From positions 50,158,001-50,222,000 of the forward strand of contig OZ286460.1 in NCBI GenBank assembly GCA_965644265.1: a stretch of DNA of 64,000 nt, written 5' to 3'. This document shows, one piece after another, positions 1 through 11,796 of this stretch. This DNA comes from Glycera tridactyla. Lineage: Eukaryota. The stretch's first letter is position 1. Each line of letters starts with the position of its first letter. Under the pieces are notes generated by a model that made no database searches, was not told the origin of the DNA, and saw only the letters and a list, made by a program, of their open reading frames with translations. The position numbers and the translations under genes were made by a program.

Positions 1-153
1 GTGAAGTTCATACTTTGTATACTGGCCGAATGGGATCTCTTTTGTCTCACCGCTCCACACTTCAATCATCCATCTTCAAAAGCGGTTGACAATTCAACAT
101 AACGTTCAGCTAGTGTCGTCACCACACATGTCAGGTTGGACAGACTGTATATA

Positions 154-329
154 CAGTCGAACCTGCTCTAAAGACCACCTCTCTATAAAGACCACCTGTC
201 TATAAAGACCACCCTGAGCTGCGACGGTGATAGTGTTTCAGCAGTAAATGATATCTCTATAAAGACCACCTGCCTATAAAGACCGTTTTGGTGCGACCAA
301 GGGGCGGTCTTTATAGACAGGCCCGACTG
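154..329 (+). mobile_element. Tc1/mariner (pogo/Tigger-like) MITE, family A
   Basis: TA|CAGTCGAACCTG...CAGGCCCGACTG|TA termini with TA TSD; internal CTATAAAGACCACC repeats; near-identical copies at 8405, 12838, 51611 and 59598. Confidence 0.85.
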
Positions 330-817
330 TACTAGAAGCTAAATAGACCGATGCAGCCCATAAATCAACTGTCACGGATAAGCCAATCACCGGGCGCGCC
401 TGTGACCTGATTCCCCCGTAAAACTACACTGTCTCATCACCTCTTACAAACAGCCACCCCAAACCCCTGTGTGGGTATGTCCGGAGTAGCATGTTTCCAA
501 CACTTTTCTGGAGATTTCATGCCATTATACCTCTGATGTACAGTATCCACAGATGCTGCTATGGGACACATGATTTAGACTATAGATAAACAGAAATAAT
601 TCAAAATTGTCGATTTATCCAATTTTCAATGCCACTGTCTAATCTATGTTTATGGTGGATCATGACATGTCTCAGCTCAATGCATCAACATCAATAGGGT
701 GAGAAGAGAGACCATCCCACCTGCGCGGGCAGGTAGATCCCTGAGAGAGGCAGGTAATTTTCAATTGACCTGCCAGGAAGATGACTGGAAAATGGGTATA
801 AATGCAATGAAAATATA

Positions 818-1041
818 CAGTAAAACCTGCTCGAGTGAAAACCTGTGCTAAGTGAAATCCTGTCTTAAGCACATACGCCACGGACCGCCCAACTGTTTTT
901 TTCAGTATAATTGACCTGGATTAGGCAAAAACCTGACTAACCTGAACAATGAAACACCATTTTGGGTCCCGCGGTGCCTTCCATCCTGTCATAAGTGAAA
1001 AGTGAAGTTGAGTTCAGCTCAATTGTGAGCAGTTCTACATT
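818..1041. mobile_element. Degenerate TA-MITE related to families A/B
   Basis: Starts TA|CAGTAAAACCTGCTC; the right end GAGCAGTTCTACATTG is only a partial inverted match. Confidence 0.4.
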
Positions 1042-1275
1042 GCTTATTGCAGGTAATCGCTACCATTTAGGCCAGTGGCTGGTCATGTTGGAGAGGTGAT
1101 TGCTTGTCACAGGTCATTTGAGAAGAATTCGGTATTTTAATTCAGGTGGATTTCACTACAGATTTGACTCTAAAAGAGACCACCTCCATAAAAAGGCCAT
1201 ATTTGGTGAAAAATTGAGTGTTTGTTGTGATATTCGGGCGGTCCAAAGATATGTAGTTTTCAAGAGGATAATAAA

Positions 1276-1278
<3 letters not shown>

Positions 1279-1340
<62 letters not shown>

Positions 1341-1363
1341 TTTGTGTTTGTGTGTGTGTGTGT
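1279..1363. repeat. (TG)n microsatellite
   Basis: Directly visible. Other microsatellites: 11572-11648 (TG/TGCG), 11716-11794, 32406-32446 (TA), 34393-34450, 36771-36830, 57878-57940. Confidence 0.95.
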
Positions 1364-1480
1364 CACTCTGTGTCTTTGAAAGATGAATGTATCCAATTAT
1401 CCATGTGTAATTTGTTTCCAGACAGGATCTACATTCAGCTTAGTCTGTGCTTTACTTCATGGCATATATTCATGCAGAAG

Positions 1481-1659
1481 NNNNNNNNNNNNNNNNNNNN
1501 NNNNNNNNNNNNNNNNNNNNNNNNNNNNNNNNNNNNNNNNNNNNNNNNNNNNNNNNNNNNNNNNNNNNNNNNNNNNNNNNNNNNNNNNNNNNNNNNNNNN
1601 NNNNNNNNNNNNNNNNNNNNNNNNNNNNNNNNNNNNNNNNNNNNNNNNNNNNNNNNNNN
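1481..1659. other. Assembly gap (179 N)
   Basis: Run of N. Confidence 1.
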
Positions 1660-1679
1660 AGCCTGTTCCTTAGCTAACA

Positions 1680-1825
1680 TGATGAGGTGAAGAGATTGTG
1701 CTGCTCCCGATTATCTCATATTCTGAGGCATTTTGCTGTCACAGTCACATTGAGAAGCCCAGGGTGAACTTTCACATTGTGTATGTATAGCCTTTTCAGG
1801 TAGCATTGGTAACCAATCTGCTTGG
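1680..1825 (-). mobile_element. Decayed coding fragment resembling the pre-SWIM region of transposon-borne SWIM/YqaJ-type proteins
   Basis: Minus frame reads QIGYQCYLKRLYIHNVKVHPGLLNVTVTAKCLRI*DNREQHNL; resembles a GYIHNV...AKCxRSMRKSExPH pattern recalled from memory if small indels are allowed. Confidence 0.35.
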
Positions 1826-2339
1826 ATTTTTATGGTATGTCACCCAGAATATGTTGCCCAATGCCCATAGGAACATGTGTTAAGCCCCTGTGTGCTGCCG
1901 TGTTTGTAAGAGCCACGGTATCTGGGTCAGCAGGCGGGGCCTAATGCATCGGTGTATTGTGTCCAGATTGCGGCATTAGTAAGCAGGCATGCTGTGCCTG
2001 GCACCGATTTGGTGCCTGGTGCTGATTAACTTGTCGGCTAGGCATCAGCCATCTAGCTAACGGATGTGTTCTTGCTATGTATATTCCCCAACAGACAAAC
2101 CCCTAATGTTGCCATGTGTGAGTGCAGTTGAGTATATTCTGATTTTGAGAGCGAAAGGATTACGTGTCATCATGTATGACTATAATCAAAATCATTTCCG
2201 TGCATGCTCCAAATGCCACCTCTCTACTTAAACTGGACTATGGATGTTGATGAATGCCCCCCCCCCCCATGTGGCATCTACTAAAAAGGCCCACCCACGG
2301 ATAACATGGCCAAATGTAAATGATAAAATCATTCTTCAA

Positions 2340-3260
2340 TGTGTTTGAAGTTCAGGGTCTCTATAGATGGCAGCCACCAATGGGTGCCAGACATTTGCTT
2401 ACCATATGGGATGATGTGGCTTATGTGTAGTAGCATCATCCGTTGATATTCCCTATCATCTGTCTTTAGGCATTTTCAACCAAAATTACACTATCACCAG
2501 GTTTCTTTTCCTTCACAACTTTTTTCATCCCTCTTAGCTCTTTCTTATTTCCTCAGTGAAATGGTCTCAGGTGTAGGTGGCTGGCGGTTTGCCATTATCA
2601 GATAATGTCACAATGTGAAAAGCGGGTATCAGGCACAGCAGTTCTGGTTTACTAGGGCTGCGACTAGGGTTACTAGGTTGTGTTATGGCATTGTTGGTTG
2701 GTTGGTTCTGGTTTGACATCATGTCAGCTCCATATGTGCTATATTGTGACGTCTGTGCAATAGGCATGGGTGAAATTATTCAAGACTACTCCTTCTGGAT
2801 ATCCAACTGATGACGAAAATTCATGAAATCCACAGACAATAAGGTGTCATTTCTGTTATTGCAAACATAGGGCAATTATAATTGTAAACCTGGTTTGAGG
2901 GTGACACACACAGATACACAACTTTGGGTGAGTATTCTCTGTGCCTAATGCTTTTCCTTGTTTCGGGTACTGTGCTTTGCTAAAGAAAAACAGAAAGCAT
3001 TGCCATCTGGCGTGAGAGTCAGCTTCCAGTCAGTCACATAGTTAAATATGCCATCGTCAGGTTCATTATGTTCATGTTAAGGAGTTAGAGGTGTGTCTGA
3101 ACTGTCAGCTACTTCCACTTGACAACCTTTCAGGTTCCCCATCATCTTGTATTCAGGGTTTTTGAGAGTGATGTTTCCTGCGAAGGGAACATCTAGCTTT
3201 CATTGACCAGCAACACATGGCATACATAATCCTATGGGTCAATACATGCTGTCAAACTCT
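2340..3260 (-). repeat. Unclassified interspersed repeat with decayed ORF
   Basis: Collinear homology with 39700-40590 (shared TGGTCTCAGGTGTAGGTGGCTG, TACTAGGGCTGC and CCTTTCAGGTTCCCCATCATCTTG); fragments also at 12590-12780 and 45262-45455. Confidence 0.75.
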
Positions 3261-3375
3261 AACAAACGAAACAAACGTTCAGTCATCTAACTTAAGAAAG
3301 CCTCTCTTAGCTCATTCATATGCCTCCTTGAGAAGATAAGTCTTCGGACATGACTTGAAATTTTCAAGGATTTTG

Positions 3376-3381
3376 ATGATG

Positions 3382-3420
<39 letters not shown>

Positions 3421-3607
3421 TGTGGCATTTATATAGCACCATATTATCAAGGGCAAGCCCTGCTCAAAGACGCTTGCTCGTTGATCATATAACTGAAAAA
3501 GCTTCTCTCGGCTCATTCATATGCCTCCTTGAAGAGATAGGTCTTCAGACATGACTTGAAAGTTTCAAGGGTTTTACACTGGCAGACTGAGATGGGTAGG
3601 GTATCCC
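3376..3607 (-). mobile_element. L2-clade LINE 3' end with (ATT)n tail
   Basis: Minus strand ...TTTGAGC...GCTATATAAATGCCACAC(ATT)n; 3570-3607 matches the L2 copy at 6760-6800. Confidence 0.7.
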
Positions 3608-5455
3608 TTTTTGTTTGTTTTAAACACTTTATTTTTCTTCGTCACTAACAATTAAATGCATGCAAAAAAAATATACAAGACATCCATTTTCAGGTAGACG
3701 AACAGAATAAACATAACACAAAATTTGGATAGGATTCAATGAAAAGATGATGATGATTTACTTACAGATGAGTGAGTATGAGGGTGAAGATGGATGAGAT
3801 GAGTTGAGATAGAGTGATGTTGTGACTATTGTATATGATATTTCTATAATAATATTTGCAATTCTATTTGATGACATCCAAGAATATGTTGTTACCATTG
3901 TGATCAGTATACCGAAATGATATGTAATATGATAAAATATTTAAAATACTTGTGTTGTTCTTGCTTTGCAATCATTATTAGTAACGGTTCATGATTGGAT
4001 TTGTATAATGCATCTGATATGTAATATGATATCACGATCATAATCGCGTACATAGTACAACTAGACATAGTAGAAGGATATAGATAGGTCATCCTGACTC
4101 ACCCCACTTTTCTTTGCCTGTTTCACTGATTCGTTCACTCAGAAGGAGGAACTATTTAGGTGAAACAAATACAAAGACGGAAAGAAGGAAAGTAACAAGA
4201 AATATAACACAAAAAATAACACGAAAACGAGAACCCTGAGATAGTACCTTAATTTTTCCAAGTCGTGTAGACTATGGTTATTGGTTCAGAAATCTCAATT
4301 TCTTCAAGAATCTCTTAAAAGGTTCAACATCCATTTCGGAAGTTTCAGGGTATCATCTGATCAATCTATTCCACGTGTTGGCCCCTCTATGTCTGAAGTT
4401 TCTCTCGCATAATTCATGTTTAACACGGTCGACCGTCAACAAAGATTTGTTCCTAGATCGTGTCTGGTGTTCATGATCATGTTCAGCCAACTTACAGATT
4501 GGTTCAGTGGAAAAAGATCCTTTTAGGACTTTCTTTACGTGGATCAGATCATGGGCCCTTCTTCTTTCAACTAGGTTCTGCAATTTGAGTTCCTGGTGTA
4601 ACGAATTGTTACTATATCACTTGGGCTTTCTGCTGATTATGCGCATGGCATTATTCTGCGTGACCTGCAAACTTTGTGTATCCCTTTGCGACAAGCCATT
4701 AAAAACCACATCACAATAATCAAAGTGAGGTGGGATAAGTGTCGTATATAAATTCCTTGCAGTTTCCCTACTTATGACAGGTCACAAGCGACCCAATACA
4801 CCCAATTTACTCCTGACCTTCCATTTGACATATGCTACATGGTGCTTGAATGTCAAAGATGGGTCTAATATGACCCCAAGATACTTCATTTCATCAACTG
4901 TTTCAAGCTGTGATCCCTCTATCATCGCATTAACGTTAGCCATGTTTGAAAGTTGATGGGGTAAACCAAACTTCATAAACTTGCTATGATGAAATAATAA
5001 TGTATCTTGACTGGTGGCGCTCCTCTGGAAATATGGCAGGTCATTTATGTATAAGGTAAATAACAGAGGTCCTTATATAGACCCCTGAGGAAGGCCACAA
5101 GTCACAGGGAGTTGACATATTCTGATTTATTCTAGTATCACATGACCTAGATGACAAATAGCCATGCCTCCAACTAACACTTGTATCACATGAACCATAC
5201 TTGTTAAGCTTTCGCAGTAGGAGCGCATGGTCTACTGTATCAAAAGCCTTCTTTAAATCAAGAAAGACCATCCCAGTGAGACCCCCCCCCCCCCCCTCGA
5301 TTCCCTGATATATATTATCCAGGAAATCAAGAAGGCAAGTCATGAAGCCGGACTGCTCCTGACACAGCAGACCCATGCGCGCAACATAACTGTATACTTG
5401 CAAATGTACAAGATGTTCCAAGAGCTTGCTAGTTGTCGACAACAGACTGATTGGG
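3608..5455 (-). mobile_element. CR1-group (L2/Crack/Daphne-like) LINE, 5'-truncated, nested in an L2
   Basis: RT motifs QEQSGF, FLDLKKAFDTVDHALLLRKL and YLGVILDPSLTFKHHV; 3' UTR ends in AATAAA plus an AAAC tail at about 3610-3635. Confidence 0.85.
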
Positions 5456-6740
5456 CGATAGTTGGTGCTCCTATTTAAAATGCACAGTCCCCATAAGTAC
5501 TAAGATGGGGCTTTGGAGGCACTTCCAGGATGATGGCTTTTGGGGATTGTGTACGCATGCCTGATTGCCTATGCACTAGGTTTTGAATATACCTTGGTGC
5601 CATGTTGTACAGCAATTTACAGGTAAGCAACAGAATCACAGGTTTTATGTGATGGTGGGTTGGTGTTTTGGAAACTACTTGAGCACAAATGTTTCTTACA
5701 TGTCGGACACGCAACCCAATAATGTCTGAGGAAGACCATATAGCAATGCGTTGCAGTAATCTAGCATACTAGTGATGAAAGCATGTACCAACATTTCTGA
5801 TGTTTTCCTATCTAGGGCTCTTATTTTCAGCTGGATGTTATAAATCTGATGGTTAGCAAGTTGGCAATGCTTTGTGACATATTTTTCCATTCATAGTGTC
5901 GTACCCATTATCACTCCCAAGTTTCTCACTGACTCTGAAGGCTCGATTTATTGATGGTATGTGTATTTCCGCCCTTGCTTTACACCACACTTTGGAGACC
6001 AACAGAACCTCAGGTTTGCCATCATTTAATTCCAGCATGTGTGAGTTCATCCAGGATCTAATGGATTCAATGCATGCTACCATTTTCGATCTGAATATCC
6101 ATCAACCAGTTTCACTTGTGGGGCTGAAGGTGATATAGAGTTGGGTGTCATCAGCATATAGGTGGTATCGCAAATTGAATGAGCATATGATGTCACCGAG
6201 AGAGGTTGTGTATATTGTGAAGAGAATCGGACCAAGCAGAAAGCCTTGTGGGACACCATAATGTAGGTTTCTACTGGAAGACTTTTCTCCATTGATGGAC
6301 ACAGTTTGTACTCTATCTTGAAGATATGACTCGAACCATCTCAGTGCATCTGAGCACATCCTCATCCTTTGTCTTAGTGTGTTTTATAGAAGAGAGTGAT
6401 CCATGGTGCCAAATGCTGCTGAGAGATTTAGTAGAACGAGTATTGCACCGCCCTTTTCACTGACAGCTTACTGTAGATCATTCTGAACACTGATGCAGTC
6501 TCAGTACTATGGAATTTTCTGTAGGCTGACCGACATTGAGATGATCAGTGAGTCTTTTTGTTATCACATGTTCCACTAATTTTGAGATGTAGCTCAGGTT
6601 TTAAATTGGATGGTAGTTATTTAGGATCTCAGCATCAAGTACACACTTTTTCAGCAAAGGTTTGACCAATGTTTCCTTCCTGAACCTGGAACAGTGTAGC
6701 TCTCTAGAGATAGATGGGGCAGAATTTGTCAATAACCACA
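5456..6740 (-). mobile_element. L2-clade LINE reverse-transcriptase fragment
   Basis: GVPQGFLLGPILFTIY, HLYADDTQLY, LELNDGKPEVLL, LVHAFITSMLDYCNALLYGLP; frameshifted. Confidence 0.9.
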
Positions 6741-7540
6741 GAATAGGACCATATTTCACACTGGCAGACTGAGATAAGCAGGGCATTCCAAAGAGTTGGT
6801 GCTGCTATGTAAAATGCATGGTCCCTGTATGTGCCGAGATAAGGCTTTGAAGGCAATTCCAGGATGATAGCTTGATGGGATTGTGTACTGATGTCTGATT
6901 GCCTGTGGACTTCTAGATCTTTGATATACTTCGGTGCCAGGTTGTGCAATGCTTTATAAGTGAGCAGCAGAAACTTGTAGATCATAGACACATCTTTTCT
7001 GCACAGGTAGCCAGTGCACGTTTCTCAAAATAGGTCTGATGTGAGTGGGTTGGGTTGTTGCTGGTTCAATGTTTTGATGTAATGGTCGGTTGTTGTTAGA
7101 GCAGCGATGTTTTGTACACGTCGGACCCAACCCATTAATGTCTGAGGAAGACCATACAGCAGTGCAATGCAGTAATCTAGGCTACTAATGGTGAAAGCAT
7201 GTACTAACAATTCTGATGTTTTCCTATCCAAAGCTCTTCTTTTTTGCCAGATGTTCTGAATCTGATGGTTAGAAAGTGGGAATCTATGATCACTCCAAAG
7301 TTTCTCACTGACGCCGAAGGCTTGATTTCTGCTTCCCCAATCTTTATTGATGGTACATGTACATGTATTTCTTCCTTTGCCTTTGACTGCACTTTGGAGA
7401 TCAAAAAAACTTCAGTTTTGCCAAAAGCATGTGTGAGTTCATCCAGGATCTCATGGATTCAATTCATGCTTCCATTTGCAATGTGACTGTCCATGCATCA
7501 GTTTTTTCTCTCTTGAGGTTGAAGGTCATATAGCATGGTT
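6741..7540 (-). mobile_element. Second L2-clade LINE fragment (3' RT/C-terminal region)
   Basis: LVHAFTISSLDYCIALLYGLP, YKFLLLTYKALHNLAPKY, SASVRNFGVIID; paralogous to 5456-6100. Confidence 0.85.
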
Positions 7541-8404
7541 GTTCTGCCCGTGACATTTAGCTAGGGAGGAGGAGAGAGACAGCTGGTGGCATATCAGGTT
7601 ACAAGCCACTCTGATAGTGCCTGACCCGACGCCACATACCCTCCTCTTCACACTGGCATGCAATTAATAAAAGCTGCTAATTGCAGATAATATCACCATA
7701 AGCTTCTTTAAAATCACTTTATTCAGTAGACAACAAACTCGATTTCCCACATAGGTAAATTTATCTCAAAGAATCAAATTTGTATGATTGATATAATGGG
7801 CCAATCTTCATACTCTTCATTATGGAGGCAGCCCTCATTTGCTAATATCTAATGAAAGATTTTGGACAGATTGGAGCAGGAGAGGTGGCTGTTTTTTTTC
7901 CTTGGTAGATGCCAGACAATCTCCAATTGAAAATGGGACCAAAATTGTCTGAAATTATTCTTGGTAAGTTTATGGTATTTGAAAGTGAACTTTGTGGATG
8001 CAGCCTGCAGTGGACACTCATCTCAACTGCATGCATGCATGATCCTTATCTACCTATCTGCCTACCTAATCACATTTACATACAAACACACAGAAACATG
8101 CATGGCTACATCCATCAGTGTATCCATGCATAGGCATGCATGCACTCCCCCCCCCCCCACACACACACACATACATAGAGTATTGTATTTTTAGGCAGGG
8201 TACAGAATTCAGTAACTATGAACATGAAACTGACTGGCCACTGCTGTAGAGGGTTGAATTCAGGCTAGATATCACATCTTTGATTACATATGTCATACAT
8301 ATACATAGAGCTGGACCTGTTTCAATAGACCAATGATGGCAGAGCCATAAATATCTTTCCTGAGAGGTTGTCACCGGATTGAATCATACAAGTAATATAA
8401 TGTA

Positions 8405-8581
8405 CAGTCGAACCTGTCTATAAAGACCGCCTTTGGTCGCATCAAAAAGCGGTCTTTATGGGCAGGTGGTCTTTATAGAGAGGTCATTTACTGTTGAAAA
8501 TACTACCACCGTCGCAGCTCAGGTGGTCTTTATAGGGAGGTGGTCTTTATAGAGAGGTGGTCTTTAGAGCAGGTTCAACTG
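8405..8581 (-). mobile_element. TA-MITE family A
   Basis: TA|CAGTCGAACCTG...CAGGTTCAACTG|TA; opposite orientation to the copy at 154. Confidence 0.85.
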
Positions 8582-8985
8582 TATTCTATGGTGATGGACA
8601 CTTGACACCAGGAATTACTTAGCAGAGTTGGTCTCTTCAACAGGTCTGACTGGATCCCATGCTACCAGGTTCCAGGTCCACTGTTACGAGTGCATCATCA
8701 ATTTTAGACCGAATAAGAATTGAACATGGAGATCATAAAACTGAACTGTGAACAATCTGTTCACCAGAACTAATTCATTTTCTGTTCTTTTGACCCATAA
8801 TATGGCAGGAGTTTGTAACATATCTACATTTCTGTAGTGGCCCAAATCAGTGCATGGACAGGGGATATCTGAAACACATGAACTACAGTAACTGCTGCCA
8901 AAGAAGCTTACATATCCCAATTGATACACTTTCAGAGACTGAGTCAGACTGACCAAAGAATATGGCTCTGATGAGAATATATGTA

Positions 8986-9129
8986 CAGTTGAACCTGTCT
9001 ATAAAGGCCACCTTCAGTTTCATCGAAAAGTGGTCTTTATAGAGAGTTCATTTACTTTAGAAAATACTATCAAGGTAGCAGCTCAGGGTGGCTTTCATGG
9101 GCCGGTGGTCTCTCGAGCAGGTTTGGCTA
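8986..9129 (-). mobile_element. TA-MITE family A, degenerate
   Basis: TA|CAGTTGAACCTGTCTATAAAGG...GAGCAGGTTTGGCTA. Confidence 0.7.
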
Positions 9130-9539
9130 TATTTTTTTCAATCAGGGGAGGGAGTGGAAATGAGGCCTCAAAATAGTATTTTTTCTGAAAAAATTAGAAA
9201 ATAATTTCAATTGTCCCCCAAATCATGAATCAGTTCCATGTGAATCCCCTCATTCCGGCAGGGGGCATATACCTCCACCCAGCAGGCAGTGCAATCAAGC
9301 TGATATGGGGATAGCATACCCCATAAACACACGAATGTTACATATCAAGGAAATTTGATCCACATATGATAAGCATCCAAACTGTCCACAAGGTGTTATC
9401 CTTTAACTACATATAAGTAATTAGGCTGTAATTGGCTCAAATCAACAGATAATTAATTTCCTGTGTGACCACTAATCTTCACACTGACTCCCTACAGAGT
9501 TGTGTTTCACACAGAGAGCCTAAATCCAGACAGTGACCC

Positions 9540-10260
9540 AAAGTTCATATAGTGCAAATGACCTCACAGTCTAGAGATTCAATTATCAGCTACATGCCTG
9601 ACCCATATTTGAGGTCATTCACAGGATCTTTCAGATAAAAAAAACGTCATGAAGAATGAGAAGTTCAGCCCAGACCTGACAGCATCCAGGTTGGGCGGCC
9701 ATCTTAACCACCATGGACGCTACCCCTGATCCTAAGGTTAGCAGGGGGAACTGGAGATAATGCACCTGTCAGCCACCATATGGCTGTCTGAACTAAAGAG
9801 CCTGATTTCTAGCCTTTTGCACAGCCGTGATAGAGCGGGGTATCATCAGCATACAGGTTCTATCACAAGTTATAAGAGTGTATGAGGTAACTGAGACAAG
9901 TTATGTATATTGTAAAGATAATCTGACCAAGCATGGAGCCCTGTGGAACACCATATTGCCGGTTTCTACTGGATGACTTCTCTCCATCAATGGACATGGT
10001 TTGTTCTCTAGCTTGATGATATAACTCGGTGCATTTGAGCACACCCTCATCCTGTGTCTCATTGTGTTCAATAGAAGGGAGTGATCTATGACGTCAAATG
10101 CTGCTGAGAGATCTAGTAGAGCAAGTATTGCCCCACCCCTCTTTCACTAACAGCTTGTAGTAGATCATTTTGAACACTGACTAATGCACCTTCAATACTA
10201 CGTAGGCTGATTGTTTGTATTCACACAACTCATCCTCTTTGAGATATTCAGTGAGTCTTC
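9540..10260 (-). mobile_element. L2-clade LINE RT fragment
   Basis: Homologous to 6100-6560 (GCTGAGAGA.TAGTAGA..AGTATTG, CCCTGTGGAACACC = GVPQG, CAGCATA = YAD). Confidence 0.75.
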
Positions 10261-10701
10261 GTTTCATAGGAATTGCGCCAATCAGTATATAATGCAAAAC
10301 AATGGGGAATATGATGTGTATATCTTTATTGTTTCATATTCATTATACTCAGCATCATGATGGATGAATTCAAATATGTACAAATGAAAAAGCACAATAA
10401 TGAAGAATGAAATACTAACTAAAACATGAACAAGGTTGTAATATATGTGGACATTTTCATTTAAAGTATATTGCATTCAGTTCAACTTGAAATGTCATCT
10501 GATGCTCCATAGACCTGTTGCTTATCTAGCTTATATTTGTACTGAAGAAACAGATGCTATTCCTTTCCTTTCTATCAACAATTCACTGGAGTACAGAGAA
10601 ATTATTTGGAATAATCGCTGAATATTTGATAAAAAAATCGAATGTAAGACGATGATGATGAAGCAGTCCACATCATACAGCACCAATCCCATCCTCTCTC
10701 T

Positions 10702-10733
10702 TCACAAACGTTGGATCTGTATCTGGAATTTAC
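10702..10733 (-). CDS. TRAPPC6B: TRAPPC6 exon 5 (coding part)
   Basis: ctttcag|(C)KFQIQIQRL*, 32 nt. Confidence 0.9.
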
Positions 10734-11568
10734 CTGAAAGAAAAGTAAGGCATACGTGAACAAAAGTAACACCGAAATTCACATACTCCACATACATACA
10801 ATGTGAGCAGACATGCTTCAAACTAATTCCAGATCCCACCATGGATATTTTCAAGAGACTTTTCTAATAGATTGCATAGTTGAGGCTTGACAGCCTGTAG
10901 TGTTGCTGACTGCACTGGAGCTGCGAGACGCTGAAGAACACCTAAACTTCTAACATATTGCACTTCATAAAAATATTGTCAGGGGCACTGCAGCTTCAGG
11001 GAATTATCTCGGGCAGAGGCTAAATTTATTGTATTTTCAATGCCTGTATGTGGTGAAGGTCAAACTTTCTGGGCTGCAGTAGATACTCACAAGCTGGCAT
11101 CTGTGTGACTTCTGCTGTTACCACACACGTGATACCAAGATTGGCCAATGCTCCTCGAACCAAGCCACAAGCAAATGCTAAGTGCTGAAATATCACAAAC
11201 ATGACGGAACCAAATGTAGTGTGTATCTAATATTGGAATTAAAAATGAAGAACAAGAATAGTTTTGTCCTTGCACTAGAGTAGTTAATTCAAACTGAAGA
11301 AATGTAGGCATTCAACAAGTTCCACTGAATGGAAGAAGGTAATGATTACCAGTTTGATGCACAGATATATATGGGCAATTATCACAAAAGAATATCTGAG
11401 AGCAAATAAACCTCCTGATCAACCGAAAATGAAGAAAAAATGCAGAAATGCATAAGATTAATTGCATTGAATTGAAGTGACTATTTAACCTTGCTGTACA
11501 AACACTGAAATAAGCAATTACACAATCTAAACATGAATATCCTCGAGCATCATAATCTGTGCATGTCT

Positions 11569-11606
<38 letters not shown>

Positions 11607-11608
11607 TG

Positions 11609-11647
<39 letters not shown>

Positions 11648-11713
11648 ATGCGTGTACCTGTTGCCAGTACAATCTGGAAATATGTCTCTGACATGATTTC
11701 TATCACTAGAAAA

Positions 11714-11796
<83 letters not shown>

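Noticed and set aside
1100-1690. ORFs over (TG)n tracts and N gaps (also 11527-11865, 34303-34566, 62882-63333)
   Set aside because: Artefacts of stop-free microsatellites and Ns
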